The notes below the pieces were generated by a model. It saw only the letters and a list, made by a program, of their open reading frames with translations, was not told the DNA's origin and did not search any database. From NCBI GenBank assembly GCA_043228905.1, contig JBHGNT010001251.1, positions 1 through 10,621 of the forward strand: a stretch of DNA of 10,621 nt, given 5' to 3'. The position numbers were made by a program, and so were the translations under genes. The stretch comes from Azolla caroliniana (Eukaryota; Plantae; Polypodiophyta). Of this stretch, positions 1-9,297 are shown piece after piece (position 1 is the stretch's first letter; each line of letters opens with the position of its first letter).

Positions 1-412
1 AATCGTAAGACAAGAATTGGAACAGTTTAAAGATTAAAGTGTTCTTGAAAACATTAAGAATGAGAACTAGTTAAAGTGCTCTTGATAAAGATAATATAAA
101 ATCTCTACCTATAATGGAGCACAATGATCAGAAAGTGAAAGATGTGCTTGAGGGAAGCAACCTCCTTGTTTGAAGAGGTACATTAGCATTACACTCTATG
201 GTAATCTTTCAGTAACCCCTGGCAATTGGATCTTATCAAATACATTGCTTTATCCATTTCATTATTATTACATTGATGTACCCATCCAATGCATGCCATA
301 ACCCACTTCACCAATCAGCATGACAGCATAACTCTGCTATTACTAGTCTCACATGAGCTGGGACTAAAAGGCTGATGTAATACCACAAATAATGATCAAT
401 TGATCCTTCCAA

Positions 413-678
413 ATACTACCGCATCCTGCCAAAGGCCTTGATCCCCACAAAGATCATAAGCTGTTACTTGGTAGCATCAGGTAAAGAAGTATCACACTAA
501 CTCCATAAAGAAAACACAGATGTGTCTTTTACAGATTGCGGAATGCAGACTAAATGCAAAATTCTATCACAGCAATCCAATCAATCAATCCTCCAGTTAC
601 TACAGATACTACTGCATTCCAGCGAAGGCCTTGAAATCCACAAAGCTCCTATGCTAGTAAAGGTAGGCATTAGGTAAA
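413..678. repeat. Diverged ~73-bp dispersed duplication (413-485 and 606-678) in the presumed TVP38 intron
   Basis: The copies share the colinear blocks ATACTAC, GCAT, AAGGCCTTGA, CCACAAAG, GGTAG and AGGTAAA, and are about three quarters identical by manual alignment. Confidence 0.75.
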
Positions 679-1224
679 CTTGGTGTCAAGTTCTAGTCCG
701 CAGAGTACCCTTCAGAGCTAGAGTATGAAAGGCTTCCTTTGGTTCTCTGGTTCTCCAAAAGAGAAGAAGGTAAACCAGAAGCAATCTAGTTACCTTCTAG
801 AATTCCTTTGGTGCTGACCAGCATAAAGATACAATCCAATAACAACTTCAATGAATAGAAAACGTTTCCTTTTTCCTCTAGCACTTCTTGTTGTTTAGCA
901 TGGAATGACACCTCCAAAGGCTTGGTCAAACGGTTAATAGGCCTTGATCATACCTTACAAGAAACAAATCTCTAACGCTTGAAGAAGAAGAAGAATATGC
1001 CGATGATAACAATGTCCATGAGGATGAAGAGGAAGAAAAAGAAAAGAAATGAGTAAAAGTAAGAAATGAGAGAGAAAAGGCTTCCTTTAGAATTTTCTTT
1101 AGTACTGATGTTAATTCACCATAAACATCCAATCTAACATGTTTCATGGACACGTGCATCAAAAGTCCAGATCAAACGTTTTCATAGACCTACAAGAAGA
1201 GGAAGAAGAAGAAGAGCGAAATAC

Positions 1225-1320
1225 CTTATCAATGGGCAGCGTAAAGCAAGCCACAGCGATGGCGATGAGGAGGAGAAGAAGAAGGACCATGCGTAGGATG
1301 TTTCCAAAGGAAGCAGCCAT
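1225..1320 (-). CDS. TVP38/TMEM64-family (SNARE-associated Golgi, VTT/DedA) membrane protein, first coding exon; gene continues left of the window. A possible in-frame upstream start is at 1530.
   Basis: Translates to MAASFGNILRMVLLLLLLIAIAVACFTLPIDK, followed by the donor AAG|GTAT (GT at 1224-1223). This closely resembles the recalled N-terminus of At5g19070-type proteins (MAFTWGSALRISVLLILVAAIVLACYFLPVEK). I could not find the expected next exon (LKDFLLW..DLGPWGP) in 1-1224, so that stretch is probably intron. Confidence 0.8.
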
Positions 1321-1560
1321 GCGAACTCTCCTGTGCCAGACCTTAGAAGGATCTGAAAGGATATGGCGATGGTAAGATCGAGCTCTAAGGCCTAATTTCA
1401 GAGCCTTGGTGGGCCTTCTGAGAGGATCAATGAGATTTAAATCGTTCATCTCCTCTTCATGTGGAAACAGACGATGATCGTGTTGGTGATCGTAGCTGTG
1501 GCCATGGCGATCTTCTTCGTCTGGAGGCATGCAGAAACCTTCGTCTTTGTGCTACCTTTC

Positions 1561-1562
<2 letters not shown>

Positions 1563-1595
<33 letters not shown>

Positions 1596-1632
1596 CCTCT
1601 CCTTCTCCTTCTCCTTCTCCCTCCTTTCTTCT
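1563..1632. repeat. (CT)n microsatellite plus (CCTTCT)n; GA-rich on the sense strand, upstream of the TVP38-like start
   Basis: Direct reading of the sequence. Confidence 0.9.
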
Positions 1633-1730
1633 CATGAATGAAATGAATGAATAAAAAGTACACACGCGCTCGCCGCTTATATATGTATACATATACATAT
1701 ATACTGTATTCATACATACAAATACATACA

Positions 1731-1844
1731 CGCTTATACATACATACATACGCTTTATACATACATACACTTTATACATACATACGCTTTATACATACAT
1801 ACACTTTATACATACATACGCTTTATACATGCATACATGCGCTT
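1731..1844. repeat. 17-bp minisatellite CRCTTTATACATACATA with five core units, within a TACA/TG-rich tract (~1680-1900)
   Basis: Units start at 1751, 1768, 1785, 1802 and 1819; degenerate flanking units start at 1731 and ~1840. Confidence 0.9.
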
Positions 1845-3638
1845 AGATAATGGGTTTATGTACATGTGTGTGTGTGTGTGTATGCATGCATGCATATATG
1901 TACAAATGCTTGAAGTAGCAGCATGTACATAATTCTATACATGGGCTGATTTTATAAGTGTGAATCGTCCAATCAAGTACATACACATGAGTTTGTTTAT
2001 GTATATGTGTTTTTCCTGGTCTACCAATGGCCACTCGACTGTGGGGTGTTTCCTATCGGTACATAGCTGCTAGTTGTTGTTTGCGTCCATCCTGATTTTC
2101 TGCACGTGAGGGCAAGGCATGCATGGAGAAACCTCTCCTCCCTATGTATGACCTTCTTAAAGCACTTCTCTTCATATCTTTAGTTCTGGGTGAGCAACTT
2201 TGTTATGATCCTTTAATTCTATATACAAATTTTGATTGAACACTCCCGTAGGAGAACTTTATCATTGACTTGAGCGTAGATAGAATCATACAATGTTCAA
2301 TCAAGTGTCGCTATAAGCATATGGAAATGGAACAATCAATCCTGTGGTAAGTTGTGCCTTGGAATGGTTTTGAGACAAGAATGAAAACGAAAACAAATAT
2401 AAAATTTATTTCTCTCATTTGCACAAGCAATTCTTGATAGTTCATCGATGAACCATGTACCAACCATCAATGAACTATAGTAACAACCCTAGCATGGGTA
2501 TGTAGGGTAACCTACTATTGAGTGAAACGATTGTAAAAAGCATGTTTAGCATTTTGGTGATGTACATCATTCTACATTATCATTCAGCGATAGTTCTACT
2601 TCACACATCTAGTTTGATCAACTATATCAATTATTCCTTAGTGGATAGCACCTTGTTAGGATGAGCAACATAAGATAAAGTTAATTCTCATATCAATAAT
2701 AATTAAGTATATGGTTGCACTATAAATAAAATATCCTGTTGAAAATCTTTATGAGACCATGTTGCATGCAAAAACAAAACACCTCGTTTAATAAACGTTA
2801 TTATATGCTATAATTAGTTCTCCTATGCTTTTTCTCGTACCATAATGCTTATAAATACCCTCACTTTCTTTCTTCAAGGTGTCTCATGGAAAGGGTGGCA
2901 CCTTTATTCGCAATCACTATCCAATACATATATATATAGACATACACACAAAAAAAAATTTGTTCCAATCCTTCACCAATTGTTTATTTTATGCTCCTAA
3001 AGTAGCAAACCTAATCACCTAAAGTTGTAAGATACTTTCATAGTTTATCATCATCGCCATGACCAAGTGGAACTCTACATAATGAAAGCTAATAATATAT
3101 GTATAATAGCCTAATGGTAATAACACAAATCAGCTTCCAAAGAAGATATCATTCATATGAGAGGAAGATAACTTAATGATGATGACATTAGTTAGTGGCA
3201 CAAATTAGGATACAAAACAACAAGTCAATGAAACCATAAAATACAAACAGTGTTTCCTCTGAAGACCGCATATGATGATCATCAGCAATAGGTGCTCATA
3301 CAAAATTATGTGAAATATCTCTTGGAAATTTGCTGTAGACATACAATGTACAATGTAAACATTCACAACACAAGTAGGGGGAGAAGCCACCATGATTTTG
3401 TTGTCTTTAAGAACATTTAGAACTACATAAACTGTACAACACAGAAATATTAACAAAGCTTCGAACACTTTTGATTTTATAAAAAAGGATTCTAATGCTG
3501 TGCATGGATGTCCATAGTGAAGATGGGGTGAGGTCACAAAGCTCTATTGCAAAATAATCAAGAAGATTTATTATTATTAATTGCTCCAAATCTTTGTAGC
3601 TTTACCCATCCTTCAATACAGATTGCTTTTTGTCTTGT

Positions 3639-6027
3639 CTATATCTGCCCATCTTCAGAAGGAATAGCCGTGTATGTCCTCCTTCGAAGCTGTGGTTGAG
3701 ACTCATATGGCTGTTGTAAGTAGATTTTGGTTGGATCATTTGGGTCCACATATCTGTAGGAACAACACAATAAATAAGATATTACAATGTGATACACTCA
3801 TGAATCCCAATCCATATATAATATTCAGAGATTGAAACAAGATTCTGTAGTAAAAGAACGTATTATCAAGCAAGTTCATGTAGACAATAAATTCTAATAT
3901 TTCTTTACAAAAAAGTAATTTAATTTCCATTTAGAAAACAAAAGGCGAAAAATCTAGTAAAAACATGCACTCCATTTCCTATTGTTAACAGTATTTAAGA
4001 GTTTCAAAGAGCAGGCAATTCCTTCTAAACAAAATTTTTAACCTAAAACACATCTAGTAAAAATGTGTATTCCATTTAATTATACATAGACGAAGTTGAA
4101 AGTAATATAAAACACTTTCCTTTACCTTAGTATTTCATTCTTTAAACAAATGCATTTTCAAAATTCCATTCTTTAAACGAAAGTATTTTGGAGCGTGCAC
4201 TTGTTTATTCATATAAAATTAAATTCCTTCAACAAAAACATTTCCAAATTTCACACTTTACACAAGAATTTTCAAAACGTATTTGTGTTTTCTTAAAGGT
4301 TTATCACTTGATACCGAAGCATGTTCAAACTCAGAGCTCATAAAACAGCAAGAGAGCTAGCTATACAAAAACAAAGGAGAATACAAAGAAAAAAGGAAAA
4401 GGATAAGAAAGGTCACAAAACATACGCTTGCCGGATAATCTCATCCGTAGCTGGTGGTGCTGCTGGTATGGGATCACTATACACATAGGGGCTGGTTTGT
4501 TGAGCACTCGGTTCAAATGGAGGGGGTGGATTATACTGCGCTTGATACTGTCGAATAACCTTCACAAGATTGAAAAACAATGGCACGAATGTCCCACAAC
4601 CTCCCTCTTTGAATATTATCTTGAATGAATGCGGAGAGTAGATAGCCCTATGTGCTCCTTCTGGTATAACCTGAAATACCATGCACATACACATACACAA
4701 ATAATATGTAAGCCTCTATAATGGGCAGAATTTTTCTATTCAATCACCACACACACACACACACACACATATATATACATATATAAGCCTCTTAGAATGG
4801 ATAGAACTTTTCCTTCACTCACCACATAGAAATATTGATTGTCTTAGAAAAGATAGAATTTTTCATTCAATCACCACAAAGAGATGTAATCAATCTAATA
4901 TCATAGTGATCATACCGGGTGGACTCTCCCTGTAATGTTGTTTGCAAAGAAGATTGGCTGGTTGAACTTCTCTTCATGGACATATAACTGCGTTGGAAAA
5001 AACATTTCTAATGTAGGTAAATAATAAATGAGCTGAAATGAGAGAAAGAAACTAGAAAGAATTGATATAAAAACTGGAAAAAGCGGAAAGGAAGAGAAAA
5101 CATACAAGTGGCATATCAAACGCATAGAAACTTCCCACAGGCTTATCAGCAACAAAAACAAGACGAACATTAGACAGATAAATCGATCCTTTTGCAGAAA
5201 TGTTCCCTCTTGGGCACCTACCAAAGACAAGATTGAAAATACCCAATCCATTTAAGCATCATATACAAAAACGCATAATTGGAAGCAGAAATGGTTAAAT
5301 GAATTTAAACACACTATTCAAAACAAGTCACAATCCATTAAAAAACATAAAGGTCATTCCCATCAAAACCACGTAGAACAATCCCTTCAATAACACATAG
5401 AACAATGTCTCCAAGCACAGAGGTACTTTCATGGAAAAAAAGCAAGTATTTAATTAACACTATTTAAAACAATTCACAATCCATCAAAAAACATAAAGGT
5501 CATTCCCATCGAAACCATGTAGAACAATCCCTTCAATAACACATAGAACATGTCTTCCAAGCACAGAGGCACTTCCATGGAAAAAATGCAGAAAATTAAA
5601 TTAACAAATCACATACACAATTCCCTTGAAAAAGCACAGAAATAAATACACCTAAAACCACATAAATAAATCCACTCAAAAAGCACATGTAGAGAAACCC
5701 ATTAAAAATCACGTACAGAAATCCGGCACAGATCACAGAGATTAATCTATTTGTAGGTGCACGCATAGATGAATCCATTCAAAATCACAGAGACTGATTC
5801 ATTCAAAGAGCACAGAAATAGACAAACCCATCAAAACCACGGGCCGATGAGCCCATTAAAACCATATAGGTCAATCAATGGGGAATTGAAGGAAATGAGA
5901 AGATGACTTACTCCGGAATCTTGTCAACTTCGAATTCGACACTCTGGCGAGTGAGAAGGAACATCTCCGCTTCGAAAGGGACAGGCATACCACCGATGGA
6001 AGAGAGAAGAGGTGGATTGACAGCCAT
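3639..6027 (-). CDS. WBP2-like PH-GRAM domain protein (UPF0664 stress-induced protein C29B12.11c-like; At5g11680-like), complete, 219 aa. Exons: 6027-5912, 5217-5106, 4987-4916, 4670-4426, 3753-3639.
   Basis: Five exons with GT-AG boundaries and consistent phases (116+112+72+245+115 = 660 nt). They give MAVNPPLLSSIGGMPVPFEAEMFLLTRQSVEFEVDKIPE/CPRGNISAKGSIYLSNVRLVFVADKPVGSFYAFDMPL/LYVHEEKFNQPIFFANNITGRVHP/VIPEGAHRAIYSPHSFKIIFKEGGCGTFVPLFFNLV...DEIIRQA/YVDPNDPTKIYLQQPYESQPQLRRRTYTAIPSEDGQI*. The motifs KFNQPIF, FKEGGCGTF and AYVDPNDP are characteristic of this plant family. Confidence 0.93.
4710..4877. repeat. Three diverged ~40-bp copies plus a (CA)n/(TA)n tract in intron 3 of the WBP2-like gene
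   Basis: AAGCCTCT..AATGG..AGAA.TTTTC..TTCA.TCACCAC occurs at ~4710-4750, ~4785-4825 and ~4841-4877. Confidence 0.8.
5311..5590. repeat. Tandem duplication, period 146 bp, in intron 1 of the WBP2-like gene
   Basis: ACACTATTCAAAACAAGTCACAATCCAT...CATGGAAAAAA (from 5311) recurs as ACACTATTTAAAACAATTCACAATCCAT...CATGGAAAAAA (from 5457) with only scattered differences. Confidence 0.92.
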
Positions 6028-6050
6028 GGAGACCACACCCTCTGTTTCTG

Positions 6051-6099
6051 TCTCTGTTCTCTGGTCTCTGGTCTCTGGTCTCTGGTCTCTGGTCTCTGC
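6051..6099. repeat. Heptamer tandem repeat (TCTCTGG)5 plus two degenerate units in the 5' leader of the WBP2-like gene
   Basis: Perfect units start at 6058, 6065, 6072, 6079 and 6086. Confidence 0.92.
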
Positions 6100-6189
6100 A
6101 AATAGAAAGAATCCTCTGTGTTTCACAATTCGCAATATCCTTCTCTCCTGCGGAAGGTCCTCTCTGAGGTGTGTTCCTGTCTCTCCCAC

Positions 6190-6191
<2 letters not shown>

Positions 6192-6227
<36 letters not shown>
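6192..6227. repeat. (CT)n microsatellite upstream of the WBP2-like ATG
   Basis: Direct reading of the sequence. Confidence 0.95.
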
Positions 6228-6231
<4 letters not shown>

Positions 6232-6339
6232 TGGCATTTATATGTATGTATGTACTCCTTTCTCTTCTTCTTTTCTCTTTTCTTTCTCCATTAGTACGCA
6301 AAGGCAAGATTTTACTGGACCCATAAAAAACCTTCTTCA

Positions 6340-7770
6340 TTCATTCATTCATTCATCCCCTTGGCCTTGGCCATGGCCATGGCCTTTGGGAATAACTATG
6401 CGGACATTTGCCACATTAGTACTCCTTTCAACTTTCGTATACATGCCTTTTTTGACTCTTATGCCTGCCATCAACAATTCCACAGGCATTGCCCATATCC
6501 CAATTGTTACCCGATCCCTAATCCCTCGGAAATAGAAAAACGATCTCCATCTCGGATTTTGGGATCACGTTTGTGCGAATTGTGCACATACCCACTATCT
6601 TAAGGTCGAATAACTTCACGACAAAACTTGCCAAATTTGAGGAAATGTAACTCCTAATCTGACAAGCAATCGGACATTGTATGAAATGATGATGTACTAT
6701 CTTCCACTTGAACGATGCAAAAGAAGTAATTGCCCCACTGCTAGTCCACGTTGCTTTAGAACTAATCCCACTGGCAAACCCCCAATCAAAACTCGCCAAA
6801 TGACTGCCTTCGCTACAAGTAGCAATTTAGAATGTCAACTACGTTTTAAGATCAGCCACCATCCATGATTAGAGGGATGTATTTTCCATTCTTGTGTTAG
6901 CATTAGATGATGGCCATCGACAAGAGCCAATGAATCAATGATACAAGATATTAGTACTCACTCCTAAAAAATAGTGTTTGACCCTGTAAATACCAATCAA
7001 TCCATGCTTTAACAAACTCCAAAATTCTTTTAGATGGAGCCTCAACTATATCTCCCACCTTTTTGACCCCCAAACGAAACAAGCATTTAATTGAAAGTGT
7101 AATCTCTCCTTTCTATGCCAACATAATAACTAATAATACACACATAACTCTTTTTGCAAATAATTACAATGTTCTCTACTAGATGATGGTTTCTATATAA
7201 ATAACGAAAAAGCTTCTTGCCACGAGACAACCAAGTGTTGAACACATGAAGAGCAAGGAATCCTAAGCGAAATACATCCATTCATTAATTGCCATTGTGA
7301 AGCCTTAATTGTTGTTCCCCCATGTGTTAAACCCTTGTTCTCAATGAAATATTGAACAATAGATATCTACAGTTGTAACTTGTGAGTCTAAACACGTCTT
7401 GCAATAATGAAAACCTATGAACCATCATATTGATAGATAAGACCAACAAATATTTCAACTCCCCCAAGCGTTTAGGGGTTGCTAGATGATTCCATGCAAC
7501 CCATGTGATTCTCATCATATCCCTCTTCCTCCACAACAAATATTGAAGAGGTTACAAAATAGCATGTGAAACCTTCTTTGCCCATGGCAAGTAATATAAT
7601 ATCATGTGTTCCATAATACATTGTCAACCTTCATGCGTACATGAAATGGCCAAAGAGTATGACTTCCAATACATGAACTTATCCCTTAAGTTATTAGACA
7701 TCCATCCAATCAATTAACCATTCGTAACATTCATTCCCAATGGATACCCTAATTGCCGAAAAATCTCTCT
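6340..7770 (-). mobile_element. Degenerate, 5'-truncated non-LTR retrotransposon (L1-type LINE), ORF2 C-terminal remnant (post-RT region and zf-RVT)
   Basis: Minus-strand frames broken by stops and frameshifts give, in order: IFRQLGYPLG (~7735-7765), KFMYWKS..WPFHVRMKV, YLLWRKRD...TWVAWNHLATPKRLG (the typical FLW..VAW..PK..GG motif, ~7460-7545), and a zf-RVT-like block AKAVIWRVLIGGLPVG..LKQRGLA.GNYFFC...ED..HHFIQCPIACQI (~6655-6815). Boundaries are approximate. Confidence 0.82.
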
Positions 7771-7932
7771 CGGTAAGTTGTTACACCACAAGCACTATGT
7801 CTTGGGTTCAAAACCCAATTTTTCTCACCTCTCTATTATATACTTCATACATATCTCTTAACTCACTGGATGCCATTGTTGAATGTAGGGTTGAACCCAT
7901 GACCTCCTTGTCTCTATTGGGCAACCTTACCA

Positions 7933-7934
<2 letters not shown>
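7770..7934. mobile_element. Two oppositely oriented tRNA-derived (SINE-head-like) fragments
   Basis: The plus strand has GGTAAG (7772) then GTCTTGGGTTCAAAACCC (B-box-like, GGTTCA at 7805). The minus strand has TTGGTAAG (GG at 7931) then GAGGTCATGGGTTCAACCC (GGTTCA at 7897). The 33-34 nt spacing matches the tRNA D-loop to T-loop distance. There is no intact cloverleaf. Confidence 0.4.

Positions 7935-7985
<51 letters not shown>
7935..7985. repeat. (CT)n microsatellite
   Basis: Direct reading of the sequence. Confidence 0.95.
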
Positions 7986-7988
<3 letters not shown>

Positions 7989-9297
7989 ATGGATACAAAG
8001 CCTTAGCATTGAATGAGATAATGGATGGGGTGGTTTCATTTCTTTATCAAGAGGGCATTTGACCATTATGGTTTTGTCATCAAATATGGTGAACTCAAAC
8101 ATATCACCTATGCTTGAAATATTGTTACATGCAAATTTTACCATGTAAACCTAGCAACCACCAAAGTTGTTAACACTTTGAAAGATAACAAATTAAATAC
8201 CATGCATGACGATGAAATTTGAAAACTAAATGAAAGGAACAGTGCCATTCAATGGTTCTCACAGTCAGGCCAATGCCTTTCAATGGCGAAAAACAAGAGT
8301 TTTCAAATATCTTTTGATCAATCCAACTTTGTACACACTAATCTATCAAACATCACAACACAACAACTAGAGTCTAAAAGTTGTTGATAATTATTTAATG
8401 TATTCCAGACATCATTCCAATATTTAGAAGGAGATGATAATAATCTCCTATTATATGCAAGATCGTAGTGCAAATATGCATCTTGCTAGCCTTACGCCAC
8501 AAAAAACATGCTCAGCCATACATTATCGCAATTTTATGATCATCATCATGGATCAGATTGACAATTATGACTTATGGTTTAAACCAATATGATTCATCTT
8601 GTATCATTGAGCTCTTAGCAACACAAGACATGAATCCTTTCAAGATTGCAAGCGCTTCCACTGGAGTCACTTATGATAACATGCATGTACTACCTCAGGA
8701 TAAACCATCCATGAGATGTAAAGGGTTTTTAATTCCCAGCCCTTCATTCACTTGCATGCCAACACTGACAAATACTACCTTACACTGGCAACAAACATAG
8801 AGAAATGTAAGATATAACTCTGGAGAGGCTTAGATGCCCAAATATATATGCACAGAAAAGAACCTGTTGACAGTTCGAATCACTATAAAGTCAACCTAAA
8901 ATGCCCTCATTGATATTGAGCATCACAAGCTAAGTAGGGTGTCTTCATGGAAGAAACAACAAATTCAAAGAAAAAAAAACCCGTAAATCATGAGTTCAGA
9001 ATATAAAGAATAGCATTTGACCTACCTAGGAGCTAGCTATAAAATAACTGAAAAGCATGTAGCCAAACCTTCACGTTCTAGCCATTTATCACGCCCAATT
9101 ATGTGTGAGTGTAAGAAATAAAGTAGTAATTGCCAGGAAAATGCTTGCAAATACAAGCAATAAATAAATAGCTGAGCATCTGCTCGCTTTCACCACGTAT
9201 TAAGGCTGAAATAATAGGGGAGTATTGTAAATAACTATAAACTATGTCTCTCTAATCTTGCAAGGTATATATAAATATACATCTTTTGTTTTCAAAC

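Noticed and set aside
427-447. TGCCAAAGG resembles the 5' end of miR399
   Set aside because: Only the first nine bases match; the rest diverges and the hairpin is too interrupted for a typical miRNA precursor.
727-1108. Short similarities between 727-740, 793-817 and 1076-1108
   Set aside because: Too short and AT-rich to distinguish from chance.
926-1162. ORF containing KILKE, a candidate TVP38 exon 2
   Set aside because: The conserved DFLLW..DLGPWGP continuation is absent and the sequence becomes pyrimidine-rich, intron-like DNA.
1751-1835. CRISPR-like or other prokaryotic repeat array
   Set aside because: The repeats are directly tandem with no unique spacers, and the context is eukaryotic with spliced genes.
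1459-2034. Several 60-75 aa ORFs (YIHT, ERER and SLSL repeats)
   Set aside because: They are translations of micro- and minisatellites.
3930-4300. Short AT-rich repeats in intron 4 (ATCTAGTAAAAA..TCCATTT at ~3952 and ~4052) as a MITE
   Set aside because: No terminal inverted repeats or TSD could be identified.
5903-6535. 210-aa plus-strand ORF
   Set aside because: It is antisense to WBP2-like exon 1, the heptamer and (CT)n repeats and the LINE end. It is low-complexity and has no recognisable domain.
8558-8800. 80-aa plus ORF, and a possible minus-strand AG..GT exon at ~8698-8765
   Set aside because: It has a non-ATG start and no recognisable homology. It lies downstream of the SET stop codon, so at most it is an unsupported UTR exon.
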